Positions 1 through 13,044 of a stretch of DNA of 64,000 nucleotides are shown piece after piece. The notes under the pieces are model-generated. The model saw nothing but the letters and a program-made list of their open reading frames with translations. It was not told the origin of the DNA and ran no database searches. The DNA is from Vicugna vicugna (lineage: Eukaryota): positions 248,001-312,000 of the forward strand of contig MU058000.1 of the NCBI GenBank assembly GCA_013265495.1, read 5' to 3'. A program made the translations under genes and the position numbers. How positions within the stretch are numbered: the first letter of the stretch is position 1; each line of letters opens with the position of its first letter.

Positions 1-590
1 TCACACATTTAGAGGGTTTTGGACATAAGGTGAAAACTGGATTTGGGGATTTGCCAGTTTGTTGAAACAGAGAAATTGTGGCTAGTTGTCAGGAAAGGCC
101 AGGATACAAGACTCTGCCAGAAGGAAGTATAAGCATATTATGAAAGTAATTACACAGTATCTGTCAGAGTTGGTGTAGCAAGCAAAGTGGTATATGTAAA
201 AATTTGGTTGGCTAAGAAACCTTGAAAGAGTTAAGGTCATGGTTCTGAACAATATTCAGAAATCAGCTTCCATTAGTCACCTCTATATCGGCAAATCTCA
301 GAAAAACTGTGCCGGAAAAGTAAAATCAATCTACCGAGGTTAATTATCTGTATAGCTATCATGATGATACCAAAGAAAGGATGTACTCTGAATGTTCAAT
401 ATATAAACAGGTACAAGTCACATGAAAACTGGCCATCATAGCAGACTTAGGAGGATGTCCGCATGACACGGTGACACTGAATTCTGGGGACTGGAGAAAA
501 CCTCACAGGTAAGATTAAAAGCACAAGCAAGGACTGTCCTTTTCTATATCTAGTCATGAAGTGCTACTAACTATTCTAGACTCTACTGAA
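1..590 (-). pseudogene. Fossil exon, GAIN/GPS-like (boundaries approximate; runs off the window)
   Basis: FSVTVSCGHPPKSAMMASFHVTCTCLYIEHSEYILSLVSS**...EVTNGS*FLNIVQNHDLNSFKVS / FYIYHFACYTNSD...ESCILAFPDN*PQFLCFNKL...PYVQNPLNV. Confidence 0.5.
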
Positions 591-659
591 CAGACTATGA
601 TCTCAGGCAACAACAAATTTTATTCCATAAATATTTAATTTGGGGGACTTAGATTTCTA

Positions 660-729
660 GTTATAAAAAGATAAGAGTTGGACTAAATCATCTCTGAGGA
701 TCCTTCCAGATTTAAAACAACATGATTCT
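660..729 (+). mobile_element. MIR3-like SINE 3' fragment
   Basis: gttggactaaatcatctctgaggatccttccag...catgattct resembles the MIR3/L3 3' end. Confidence 0.55.
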
Positions 730-895
730 GAGTGGGCCATCTCAGTCTTCCACTCATCAACTCATTCCTACCCTGGTTTTCCTTGGATAGGGAGCGTCTG
801 CTCTTGGGTGCTGTGGAACTCCCCTGAACCGTTCTAACAAAGAGCCTTCTGATCTGTCTCTAACTTGGGAACATAAAATCCCGCTGGCCTAAGGC

Positions 896-1042
896 AGTGC
901 TTCTCACACAGTAATGTGCATTTGAATCACCTGGAGATCCTGTCAACATGCAGGCTCTAATTCAGGAGATTCAGTGCTACTAACAATCTCTCAGGTAATA
1001 CAAATGCTGCTGGTTCATGGACCACACTCAGAATAGCAAAGG
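896..1042. mobile_element. MER5A-type hAT-Charlie DNA transposon
   Basis: cagtgcttctca...gaatcacctggag...tgctgctggttcatggaccacactc. Confidence 0.75.
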
Positions 1043-1172
1043 TCTGAGATACTCTAGAGGTCTCAGTGGCTTTGAAAAAAGCAGCAACAGCAAACACTAG
1101 GTTTCCTAAAGTCTGCAGAGTGACAGTGCAATGAAATCGTCATGTTCTAGATGAAATCTAAGGCCTACTTAC

Positions 1173-1510
1173 CAGTTCAATTTGTTTTCAAGTCCTCAGT
1201 AATAAAGATACAATTTGCATTTCACTGCTAATATTTCACTTTTGGACTACAATTTAACAGTGTCAGTGAGAAAGACAGCCATACCTACATGTCGTTCATG
1301 CAGTAGTTCTCAGAAAATACAGACTGTAAATAGCTATGTTCTGTTTCAGAAGCAACAGTATTGACATTTGGGGTTTATTCTAAAAAAACTGACATTATCC
1401 TTTAATGAGACAGAAAGTACTCTTTCAAAGCTCAACTGAAATCCAATTTTTTTCTATACGGAATTTATTTTTGATCATTAAAAGTAAACTGGTCTTATTA
1501 TTTTTGTTTG
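1173..1510 (-). pseudogene. Fossil exon, polycystin GAIN-like (5' boundary approximate)
   Basis: Ends TG|gtaagt. KIGFQLSFERVLSVSLKDNVSF / NVNTVASETEHSYLQSVFSENYCMN / HVGMAVFLTDTVKL*SKSEILAVK, with two frameshifts. Confidence 0.6.
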
Positions 1511-2499
1511 GGGAGAAAAAATAAAGTCATCAAATATTTTAAAGCTGCTCTACAAACCAAGAATAAGAGGCCATATGTCTTTAATTAAAAAAGAGAGAGA
1601 GAGAACAAGAGAAGTATCCAATACTAACTTATGAAACCTAAAAATAAAAAATATTACAAAAAGGCAACTCCAGACTTACTGATATGTTTAACTGTATCTA
1701 TAAGTTAATTATTAGATAACTAACTTCTCCATTAACTTCTCACTTAAAATTTTTGTTGTCCCTAGATCACAATGCATACTCAAACTAATAGTTCATTTGA
1801 ATTATTGTTATTTGCATTGCTAAAATAAATATACATGAATATACAGAAAAAAATACCGCTGTTAAATAAATTATTTCCAGTTTATATTAGAAGCCAATGT
1901 TTCAGAAGGGACATCTGAGGATGAAGAAGAACATGGGATGCCTGTGTTTTCTCCCACAAGTGCTTTATAAACTCTTCCTGATACATGACTTCAGTTCAAA
2001 AAAAATTTTTCCCTCAAGACAGATTTCATTTGCATGATTTCTGTACATTAACCATAAATAAGGATTAATTGTTCCTTAAACTATTACACTAATCATATTA
2101 TTATAAATTTATGAATTAAAACGTTTTTAAAAAGGGAGTAGAGATGTTTCTGAAGGCAAAACTTAGAAAAGAAAGAAAAGAAAATTTGTTGCAGAGGCTA
2201 CATTGATACCAATGAGAAAGATGTTGCCTATTGTGGAAAACACAAGGGCAAGATAGAGGAAACAAAGTGGAAAGCATGCAAATACATTACCTCAAAAAGG
2301 AGAAAATTGGGATTGGGAAACACTGAGTCAGAAATTTCTTCATTGGTCCAGACAGAGCCTGGGCAAAGGCCAGACAACGCTACAGAGAGTAGGCAACATA
2401 TATGTTGAGATTTGAGAAATAATTAGTTTACAGGTAGTTGAAGATGGAATTTGAAACAGACAAAGCATTTCCAAAGGGTCATGATCTGAAATTGGCAGG

Positions 2500-3530
2500 A
2501 TGCATTCAAATAAAGTTGGTGTTGCTAGACAGCAAACTGTCTGGGAGAGTAAGAGTATTAAGAGACTTTCAAAGGGTCCATACAATGTACCCCTTACACA
2601 ACAGAACACTATGGAAAGGTTTTAAGCAGGGGGGTAAACATCTTCAGCATTCTTAATGGATTGAAGAGTCTGGTATCACAGAGAACAGACTGGATGGTGG
2701 AAAGACTTAGAGACTTAAGAGACAAGGAATGTGCCACGCGTAGAGTGTGTAAAGTCTGAAACATAGTTCAGTAGTAATGGGGGGGGGTTGGAAATGAGTG
2801 GGGAGCAGCAGTGGAGAGGGAGACGAGTATACATTTTCAGGTTACGAAGAGGTAAATGAGGACCACTTAGTGATAGCTTGGTTATTAGGATGGGGCCAGG
2901 GTCAGGGTGAGGGGTATTGAGGCTTCTATATTGGTTGAGTGGGTAAATAGGGAAGAAAGAAAGAAAAGTAGTATGTGAAAGGACACAGTAACTTAAAACT
3001 CAGACACAATGCGTTTGAGCTACTTATAGGATATCCAAGCAAACATACATTTGAGAAACAGTGAGAGACACAGGTCTGAATCCCGAGGAAGAGGCTGTGG
3101 CTAGACTCCATGCGTCAGCACATGGATATTTAAACCATGAGAGTAGATTAAATCTTCCAGGGAGCACACGAGGTATGAAAAGACATAAGAATCTAGAATC
3201 ACTATTTAGGAAACACCAAAATTTAAGGAATGGACAGAGTAAAAGGAGCTGATAGAGGTGCCTGGGAAATGTTTAGGAAGGTACTTAGTCAGCAGAGAAA
3301 AGTGGAGTCTGGAGAGTTTGCTGAGAGCAAACAGCTATCCACGTCAAGGGCTAGAGAGAGACGAAATAACAAGGCCATTGACACTAATCTTCCAATTAGG
3401 ATGACAACACTGATCTTCGGGACCGTGGCTTCATAGAAGCAGTAAGATGAGAAATCAGATTTCAGTAGGTTGAAGAAAAAGGAGGGAGTTGAAAGAAACA
3501 ATGAGCAAGATGGTTCTTCAGAGGTCCTGT
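2500..3530 (-). mobile_element. L2 LINE remnant
   Basis: Purine-rich motifs typical of antisense L2 (ggaaaggttttaagcaggg; gtttgagctacttataggatatccaag; ggccattg...gaccgtgg). Confidence 0.6.
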
Positions 3531-4879
3531 AAGAATAAAAAAAAAAGTTGTACCCAGATGGTGTATGAGATTCAGAGAGGGTTGTTTGTTTGGACAGAAC
3601 GCACTTCAGCACATTAACACAGCGCAGGAATGGAAGCACTGGAGGACAAGAGCACTAAGACACAGCACAGAGCGAGGATAACTAGGTGGGAGATCATGCC
3701 TCAGGGCAAAGATGGACAGCGGTTCTCAAGTGGAACCCCGTCAGCAGACTGTGTGTGTTATCTGGACTAAACCGAAGACATGACTCTTTGATATTAGCTG
3801 TTTCTTTGAATTTAGGTCGTAACAAATTACCAAATGCCAGCAACTGAAATTTAAGAAATAGAAAAGTTTTCTAAACATTGAAAGTAAGGAACTCTGTAAA
3901 CCAATGTGATCTTTCAGAGATACAAGGTTCCCCTGTCTTACTTTAGCTTTACTATAAAACATATCTGATCGATGAACTAGGAGTATAATGCTTGTTCTCC
4001 TTACACAATAAAAAGAATTTACAGGTACTAAGGAGCAGATAATGGATTTTCCATTTTCATGCCATAATTATTTCTCCCAAAGTGTATCTAACAGTCATTC
4101 AATCAAATATCTTCAAACACATCTTGAAATATCTGAGATTAGGGATTTCTAACAAAATAGTTTCAAAGTTATCTATTTTTCCCTCTCCAAACTTATTACT
4201 ATTAAAATCACATTTGAAAAACCTTATTTAATTGATTTTATTCTTAAAATAAGAAGGCACAGCCATTTTCTTTTTTGTCTGTGCTTGCATTTTGTTTTTA
4301 ATAACTCAAGTTCCCTTGGAAAATGCTGAATAGGAAACAGGCTGACATATTAAAATAGAAATACAGAGAAACACTGTAACATCTGCTCTATTTGCTTACC
4401 TCAAAATGAGAAGATATGTTAAATCAGATCTTCAATGTACTTTGTTTCATTTTATTAAACAAGAGTTTAGGGCAATTATAAAAGAAGATTTATTGAACAA
4501 AGAGTTGTTAAGGCAAAAGTTCAAAATCAGACACACTTCAACATTTTGGGAGATATCATAATGGCATCAAACATGACCAAAGAAAGTTATTCTCAGGACC
4601 GTGTACTTGGATTTATTTTTTAAAATTCAGGGACCATATATATTACAGTTATAGATTTTCAAATTATTGGTGTTTTTCCTTTTGTCTTTCTGAGTATGTG
4701 GGTTTTGTCCTAGTCATTCCAAAGCATCTATCTGACTGAGTGGAGGTCACAATTAGTAACTAAGAATAAACAAAAACAAATAAGTAAATTACAGAATATT
4801 TTAGAAGATAATAATTGCCGTGGGAAAGAAGAAAAGGAGGCTTAGTGGGCTGAGAAATGCCAGTAAAGGCAAAGTATAA

Positions 4880-5230
4880 TTTTATCATCATTGGAATAGA
4901 CGTCATTGAGAAAGTGCCATTGGAACAAGGAATGCAAGAGAAAAATTCATTTGCATTTCTGGAAGAAGAGCATCCCAGGCAGAGAGAGACACTAGTGCAA
5001 AGGCCCTGAGGCAGCTGTGTGTTCTGCATATTTGAGGAACTGCAAAGAAGCCAGTGTGGCTAAAGCAGAGTAAGCAAAAGGCAGCTCATTTATAGAGTTT
5101 GAGAAAAAGAGGAGTCAAAGATGATGAGAGAGTCTTCAACTTACACAGCTGAAACAATGGACTCTTCCTGTCTGAGGTGGGAAAGACTGGTGGTAGAGCA
5201 GCAAAATTGGGGGGAAGTGTAAATTAAAGT
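4880..5230 (-). mobile_element. L2 LINE remnant
   Basis: agcatcccaggcagag...gtgcaaaggccctgaggcag...gaggaactgcaaagaagccagtgtggct. Confidence 0.75.
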
Positions 5231-5749
5231 CAGATCTAGACTTTAATTTAAAATTTAAAATTTAAAATTGTTCCTTTTCGTCTGTCTTGGGCCAAGAAAG
5301 CTTGGTCTCCCAGATAAACTCCTTTCCTCGCCATCCCAGCACACGTCAGCTTATGCATCTTTGAGGCAGAAGAGAAGATCTGGCTCCCCCATTTCTCTGT
5401 CACTGAGTGATTATCTCCCAGTCCAAATTAAGTTGTGCACCTCTGTTCTCTAGCATCTGACATGAGACCTCGTTCTCTGCAGCATCCCATCATGTTGACA
5501 CTCCTTCAGTTATTGAAGACATTGAGTAGAGTATATTTGTCATAGCACATTTAAACCTCCTTTTACTGAATGGTATCAGTTTTTAAGAACTTATCAGATC
5601 TTATTCTACTTTAAAATTTTAAAAACTCAAAAGCTAAAAAATAAGATGTTAGAAAAAATGTGTTCATTATGTTAACTAGGTTTGATATCTAATTTTCTTA
5701 TATCAATAATTTCCAATTCAAAAAATTAAAATTAATGTAATATATTTTC

Positions 5750-6100
5750 AGCTTTTTATTGTGAGATAATAATAGATTCACATGCAGTTGTAAGAAATAA
5801 TAGAGAGCAACAGCTTATACCTTTTGCCCACTTTTCTCTGATGGTACCAGTTTGCCTAATAGGCATTCAGTATCACCAGGAAGTTGACATGGATACATCC
5901 ACAGACTTTATCTAGATTGCATCAGTTTTTACCTGCACTTGTGTGTATGTGTATGTGTATTTAATCCTATGCAATTTTATCATTTCATCACATGTGCAGA
6001 TTCGTGTGAACACAAACATAGTCAAGATACAGCAAATTCCTGCACAAGGATCCCTCATCCTACCCCTTTACTGCCGCAGATACCACCCTCCCTTCCTATT
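5750..6100 (-). mobile_element. Old L1 (L1MC-like) 3' end
   Basis: ttttattgtgagataat..agattcacatgcagttgtaagaaataat matches an antisense L1MC 3' UTR. Confidence 0.7.
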
Positions 6101-6322
6101 TTCTTTTCAAATTAAAAAAAAAGAAAAAAGAAAATTGCCTGGGCAACAACATCTAATTGAGATTCAACTCACAAAATGATTATTGATAAAACTTTAAACT
6201 ACTAGAATCAAGAAACTATTTAGATTAGCAAGACAGATGCTTATATAAGAGGGAGAAAAACACACTAAAAATAACACCTTTATTTGTTCCTTATCACACA
6301 ATTAAAAATAGAATGACAGTAT

Positions 6323-6408
6323 CTCTGGGAAATAATTTCAGTATGTAGCCCTAAATCATTAGACGATTTTACTAAGGTTAAATTGGGATTTAAGCCACCA
6401 ATATTCAC
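6323..6408 (-). pseudogene. Fossil exon, REJ C-terminal motif
   Basis: ttcttcattttccag|GTG; VNIGGLNPNLTLVKSSNDLGLHTEIISQ. Phase 0 matches the preceding exon. Resembles the REJ LPxG...VxDxLG motif. Donor not intact, so the end is uncertain. Confidence 0.55.
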
Positions 6409-6544
6409 CTGGAAAATGAAGAAAACCATCAAACATTCCAACCAAGAAGTTAACATTTTAGCCAAAAGAAGGTTCAAACTAAATTTTCTAAGAGGAAAAA
6501 AAGAGGTAGTAACACATAGGAAATAAAATTTAGGCACTGGTTAC

Positions 6545-6759
6545 TTGAAAATAATCATTTATGGGTCTCCAACAAATGAGATGTCACACAGATGCTTATG
6601 TTTTCATATTTCACATATAAATATTTTACTGTGTGAGGGTTTCACACACATTAGAATTCTGAGGCTCCAGTGCAAGTGTATGTATTTTCCCATCACATGC
6701 GTACTTCAACAATGCAAAGAACGTATTATTGTGGACATTTTCAGGACAGTCCTCATATG
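6545..6759 (-). pseudogene. Fossil exon, REJ-like (215 nt, phase 1-0)
   Basis: ttcttttag|CA...CAA|gtaacc. YEDCPENVHNNTFFALLKYACDGKIHTLALEPQNSNVCETLTQ*...LICWRPINDYFQ; 43 open codons from the acceptor. Confidence 0.55.
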
Positions 6760-7539
6760 CTAAAAGAACTACAGAAGTATCTTAAGCCCACATTTCCATG
6801 CTTGAAAAGTGGAAAGACTATAATCTTCTATAAAATTAAGACAGCAACGATACTGAATTATGCCAAAATTTCGCCTAGATCGAATCCATCTTTTCTTTTC
6901 TCAACCTTTCCATCCCTTCCCTTCTTCCCTGCCTTGCCTCACTTCTTCCTTGTTTATTTAAACCTTTTTATTATGGAAACTTTCAAACTTATTCAAAACC
7001 AAAGAGATGGATCAGTATAACGAACTGATAGACACATTACCCCAGTTATAACTTTTATCAATACCTGACCAATCTCTTTTCACATATCCCCATTTTCACA
7101 TCCCAATTATTCTGAAGCAAATATCAGATGATATGTCATTTGTAAGTACTTATTTTGAACATTCTTTCAGCTAAAATAAAATGATTCTTATCGTTTAAAC
7201 ACAACTACCTTGATCATAACTAAAAATTAATAATTCCTTAGCAGCATACCACCCATTACTATCCTCCAGTGTTCTTATTTCCCTTTTTTTCATGCTTGTT
7301 TGTTTGAACTGCAATCATGCAATGTAATTTCATGCACTGCACTGACTGATAGGCCTCTGAAATCTCTTAGTCTACAGATTCTCCTTCCAGCTTTTTATCC
7401 TCCATGTAATTTTTTGTTAAGAAAATAGGTTTGTCTTGTAAAGTTTTCGAAAGTCTAAATTCTGCTAACTGAAATGATTCTTACAGATATATCATAAATT
7501 GGTAATTAGATCTAGAATCTTGATCAGATTCAGGTTCTG

Positions 7540-7542
<3 letters not shown>

Positions 7543-7588
<46 letters not shown>
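7543..7588. repeat. (TG)23 microsatellite
   Basis: Perfect TG run. Confidence 0.98.
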
Positions 7589-7594
<6 letters not shown>

Positions 7595-7624
7595 GAAGAA
7601 AGACTCCTTCAAAAAAATAAGACA

Positions 7625-7935
7625 TGGTGGTTTTAAAAACACCTGAAAATCTTCACCAGTTCCCCACTGATGGATGGGAGGATGGCCATGTCCCCCTCCT
7701 TGAATATGAACAGGCTTGTGAGTTGCTTATAACCAACAGGATACCGGGAAGTGGTGCTGTGTGACTTCTGCAGCTGGGTTAGAAGAGACAATGGAGCTCG
7801 GCATCATTCCCTGGGACACGTGGGCCAGAAGCCCTAAGGCTGCCATGCTGTAAGGAAATGGAGCTACGTGCAGATTCTCTTATAGACAGTGGTGGTCTCT
7901 GAAACCTCTCAGCCCAGATACCAGACACTGAAGAG
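7625..7935 (+). mobile_element. MLT1 (ERVL-MaLR) LTR fragment
   Basis: cccctccttgaat...gaagtggtgctgtgtgacttctg...gctgccatgctgtaaggaa. Confidence 0.7.
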
Positions 7936-9462
7936 GCATTTCTCTTCACTGTTAAATATTACTACATATTCTGGACGTACCAGCCTTTTTTCATCTAGTC
8001 TCCTACTCATGGGCACTGGGTTATTTCCTCTTGCTATTAAAGACTACTGCAATGCAGGGCATTATGCATTGGGCTTTTTGTATTGCTACTGTATCTGTGA
8101 CATAGATTCCTAGAAGTGGGATTCAGGAGTCAAAACGAAATGCTCATGAAAATTAACCATATTCAATGGCAACTTCAAAAAGGTACCAATTTGCATTCTT
8201 ATAAACAATGTAGAAAAGAATCTGCTTCCTCACAGTTCCCAGCCTTGCTTTTTATATAACACGGATATCACCTGGATATCACCTCTTGTCTATGATCAAA
8301 CTTACAAATATTTTTCCCAATGTTTAATTTGTCTTTTTATTTTGCTTGTGGTGGAGAGTTTTCAGTCATTAAAAAAAAACTTTCTATGCAATAAACTGTA
8401 TCAGTCTTTTATCCCTTATTGCATCTGAATTTTAGCTAGTAGGTAACTTCTGCCTACTGTCAGACAACAGAGACATTCCCCGTGTTTTTTCTAGTATTTG
8501 TATAATTTCATTTTTTTACACTGAAATCTCTATTTAAAATATATTCCAGTGGATGATGTCAGAAATGGGTCTAATTTCATCTTCTTCCCTATAGATATAG
8601 TTATCCCAGTATATTTATTAAAAAGTCTATACACCCACAATGATTTAAAATTCCAGTTTTCCTACAGATTAAATTTCTTTAAGCATTTGAGTCTATTTCT
8701 GGATTTTCTGTTCTGTTCCACTGGTTTGCCTACTCACTTTTTTTTTTTTTTAAATGAGAAAGGTTTACAACTACCCTTTCCCTTGTTCTTCTTTTTCAAG
8801 AGTTTGCTGGATATTCATGCTTTTTCATTCTTCCAAATGAATTTTTCATAATCAGTTTTCCAAGCTCAAGTTTAAAAAAGATGAGATTATCTATGTATAG
8901 GATTGCATTAAAATCACAAACGAATTTAGGAATAAATTATATCATTGTCATATTTAAGTCTTCCTAGGTGTGTGTTACAGTTTTCCTCACACGGGTTTGA
9001 CATGTCTTGTTAAGGTTAGTTATCCCCAGGTATTTTCTTTTTGATAAATGAATAGGGTCTTCACTTCCATTTTATCAAGTGGATTTTTTTTCCCAAATAG
9101 TTTAGTTTTTATGACCAAAATTTCTAATAGTTTTCAAATGAAGTGTGAAATGAAACATCTGCCTTGCTTAAGGCAGATCTTTCTATTTCATATTACAGAG
9201 CAATGTGGCAAATCTAAAAGCTAGGAGAGTAATGAAGAACAAGAGAATGGCTGGAACAGGAATACTCCTGAAAAAAAAAATAGTCACACAATAATTAACT
9301 CCAGACTAATAATTATTTTTGAACCCTAAACTTTACGGGCAGAAACAGATATTTTATACCTGTAGCTATTCGCAAAACACACCTATTTGTTAAAGGTAGA
9401 TATGAACAATCTCAGAATGATGAAATCATGTTATAAATTGGTACAAACATAATTTCCATTAC

Positions 9463-9593
9463 CAACAGTTTTACTGAGACTGAAACAGTTTTTGTGATCT
9501 TCTCATCTGCCTTTCTTGATAACTAGGCAACAGATCTTATTGGCTTAGTTTTCTCGAGATCCCACAACTACAGCATGAAATCAATATATCATA
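9463..9593 (-). pseudogene. Candidate fossil exon, REJ-like (131 nt)
   Basis: cttctgttttatactcag|TA...TTG|gtaatg. *YIDFML*LWDLEKTKPIRSVA*LSRKADEKITKTVSVSVKLL. Confidence 0.5.
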
Positions 9594-9964
9594 CTGAGTA
9601 TAAAACAGAAGAAAAGTTAAGAAATTCTGATTAAACACTAAGAAACAAGATATATCTATCCCCATCTATTTCAGAGTTGACTGGCTTCATATACATGTAT
9701 ATATGTAAATCTATATATAAATGCACCACTTATCAAAAATATTTTGTTGCAAAAATGTAACAATTTGTCCATATCATAAAACCTAATTTCTTGGACTTTT
9801 ATACAAGTTATTTTCAAATATTATAAGTATTAAAGGAATATATATTTCTATTTACCTATTGTCATTAAGTAGCAAACAACTGAATATAAAATAAATCAAG
9901 TCACTTTTAAGTTCTCCTAAAAAATTATCTAATTAACCCCTCGTTGGTTGATCTACACATCAAC

Positions 9965-10279
9965 CTGCCCAAATGCCGCATAACTAGTCAGAAATTTTAC
10001 AGCATGTACATTCCATTGACTTTGGATATTTTCTTGAACAGAATTTAAAAAATCAAAAATGATTTATAATAACTAGAACTGACATTGTGCAAACTCCAAT
10101 AAAACACTTATAATAGAACAATCTTGAGACCATGGTATGATTTCAGAATAAACCATCTGATATTCAAATTGTCCAACAGTTTTCTTTAAAGTGATAAAAA
10201 AAAATTACAGGATAATATCATTAACTTGCAGACTCCAGAGCATTAAAGTAAATCTTGATAACTCATCAACATCCATTCT
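9965..10279 (-). pseudogene. Candidate fossil exon, REJ-like (105 codons, 3 stops)
   Basis: RMDVDELSRFTLMLWSLQVNDIIL*FFFITLKKTVGQFEYQMVYSEIIPWSQDCSII...AAFGQ|gttgat. Acceptor is weak. Confidence 0.45.
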
Positions 10280-11229
10280 CTCCAGAAAACAAAGTATAGC
10301 CAAAAAACAAAAACCCAAAACCCAAAAACAAAATAGCTCTTTTGGCTTAACAGGAGGAGTTATCTAATTTTGTTTGTTTGTTTTTCTGATCTCCAAAAAT
10401 TATTTTCATCATTTATATAGATTAAGGTAAACGTTGAACTGAGGCAATATAAAACCAATGAATCCACGTAGGACGCCTTCCCTGTAACTACTCTAAATCA
10501 GCCCTGTATTACTTGCTCTTTTTCTTTCATTTTCTCTCTAATGAAAGAAAAAGAACATTCCCTTTAAGTGTGGTCTGAACATTGACATATAAGACTACAT
10601 ACAGTGTGTGTGTGTAAGTGTGTATGTATGTGTGTGCGTACATATTTTAGTACACTAATATGATACTTACATAGCATCGAATAACACATAAAAACAATCA
10701 CTTTCTCTTCAAACATAAGAAGCTATAGTACAAAATATAAATGAAATTGTAGTGTAGTGTATTTTTTTTTAAATGTTGTGAAATAATTCTACAGGCCTAA
10801 TCATACTTATTTAACTGTTTGCATGCCAATTCACTCTTGATTAGCTAATTCTACTATAAACACATGTATATAAAATTAATTTGTTCCTTCTAGTCTAATT
10901 CCAACATGACCATCTTAGGGAATTGCTGCCGAATAGTATAATTCAATAATCCTCCTTAGAAAGAAACTTTTTTTAATTTGAAACTTTTTGGAAAAATTGA
11001 ATGTAAGAGGGTAGAAAAGTTTGAAAATACAAACACTAGAGTTAAGATCTGCTTCCAACACAGTAAGGAGTTTGAGACAGATAACTCCAAGAAAAAACTC
11101 ATGTACATATTCCCTAAAGAGCTCAAATTGACCTGTCTCATTCTGTATTGGAGCCTCTTGATCATTTTAACTGCCGCACTTCCACCGACCCTATCAGATC
11201 CAGGCAGGCTGTTCTTAACATCTTCTTGG

Positions 11230-11640
11230 ATGTAAAAGGAGACCCCAGAGGCCGTGCCCTTCCCACCTGCCCCAGACTCCACCAAGCACCATGAGGGGTC
11301 TCTGGCACATGACTGGAGAAACCACCACACACACCTGACCCTGCTGCTCCCTCACACAGCTACTCTTCAGCTACCTCTTGAGACTAGAGGTATTCACATG
11401 GTCCAAGGTCTAGAGAAGGGGCCTGAATTTTTCCTCCAAATGGGCTCTGGCAGTTTGATCAGGGAATTCTGGGGTCTAGTACCTAGAGTATGGTCTAGGA
11501 AAGGGAGAACTGCGGCTACGAGTGGGTAGCCATGGCCCCATATACTAATCCCACGGAAGGGCACTCTAAAGTATAAGACCCAAGGCAGGCATTCAGGTGT
11601 ATCCCCAAAACGCAGCTCAAGACTGCAATAATAACCATCA
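11230..11640. mobile_element. Possible hAT-Tip100 (MER115-like) remnant
   Basis: Locally GC-richer; agggaattctggggtc...acctagagtatggtctagga resembles MER115 as remembered. Confidence 0.35.
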
Positions 11641-13044
11641 GGACTTCCATAGTTGTTTAAGTAGAAGCCGTCTTAGAGTTCTGCCAATTAGCCTATCTCA
11701 AGTAAGAAACACAGCTAAACCATCATTAATATTCTGAAGTGACAAATGACCAAGTCAGCAGCAAGGGCGTAGTTTCCCTGAGCCTTGTTTTCCCCATTAG
11801 ATCCAGCTCAGGCTGGACCATCAGTCTACCTCCAAATGCCACATAACCTACAAACTCTAAACTGTAAGATACAAGGCTAAACTAACTCCCCCTTTTTTTA
11901 TTTTTATTTTTTTTTTTTGCCAGATAATGCCCTGACCTATCTGGAAAGAATACAAAATTTAAATTTAATCATATTACAGGGCAATCAGGTAGATACAGGT
12001 AAACTATTCAACTGAACAATACTGTAGCTTCTTGTTACTACTAATAATAGGATAACTATCAAGAAAGCATTTTATATGGGAGGCATTCTAGATGAAGAGC
12101 ATTTTTCCCATTGCTTCCAGCATTATTCTACAAATAAATAAAAGGAATCATCACATTCAGTCACTGAAAATACCTGGTAGTTGATATTAAACACTTTTCA
12201 TGATCTGATTCCAAACTACATTTCCAGGTTCATCTAATTTCCCTCTTCCTCTCCCACTTCTCATCTGCTGAAATTTACTCCTGCTTCTAACCTAAGGAAA
12301 CCATCTTCTATTCTTGACCTCCTAATTTTCTTCCTATTTCCTGGGCAAGCACGGCCTTTTCGGAATTCTATGACTCTCGTACAGGTTTGTTTTTTTTTTT
12401 TTTTCCCATTGCCTACTGCTTTTCCTGGCAAACTCCTATTTAACCTTCAGAGTTCAACTGCAGTATCTCTCAGTTCCCCAACTCATCCAGGCAGAGCTGG
12501 TGTCTTCATTATGTGTGTATACAGCACTTTACTGATATCTACAGCAATAAACACAAAGGTGCATTGAAATGAATATCTAGGCTATCAACTCTCTAGGGGA
12601 GTGACAGGGTCTTATGTTTCTTTGAACCTCCTCAGCTTTGCACATAGTAAGTTAATTTTGGTGTATGTATCTAAAGCATAAAATGTTTTAAATAGGAGTA
12701 ACTTCTGTTTGGCATCATCTGTAAGTACTAAATAAAAGAGAAACTTGAAAATAATGATAGTGATTTTGTTTCTAATTTTATGTAGATTGTATTCATCATC
12801 CTACAACCCATCTATTTGCACAAAGAATCAAGAGTCAGCTGCGTGGAAAATCTGGGTTATTAGAAACTATGTAAAAGCAACTGGAGCCTAGCCATTCAAT
12901 ACTGCACTTTCCTCTTTTATTGTTTAGCACCTAGTGTTTATACCTCTCACTCTGCTGAGTAGTGAAAAGTTAGAAAACTCAATTCTATGAATATTATTTA
13001 TGCACATGGGATCCAATTTTAATATTCTGAAAAAATAAAGCTAC

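Larger units (their letters stand above)
6960..9120 (-). mobile_element. Fragmented old L1 (L1MC/ME-like), interrupted by a microsatellite and an MLT1 LTR
   Basis: ttttattatggaaactttcaaac; attcctagaagtggg; tctatttctggattttctgttctgttccactgg; gggtctaatttcatcttc. Confidence 0.65.

Noticed and set aside
420..515. Plus-strand exon ending cacag|gtaaga
   Set aside because: Isolated donor-like motif with no supporting plus-strand exon chain; the minus-strand GAIN-like reading explains the region better.
1173..1510. Adhesion GPCR (ADGRG2-like) identity for the fossil gene, from KIGFQLSF resembling DIGLQLNF
   Set aside because: The polycystin alignment explains more of this exon, and the upstream WSC/REJ-like exons fit the PKD1 family rather than ADGRG. 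Not formally excluded without a search.
4400..4759. Possible fossil exon with a strong gtaagc donor between the REJ-like and GAIN-like parts
   Set aside because: The position fits, but the frame I translated has many stops and no recognisable motif.
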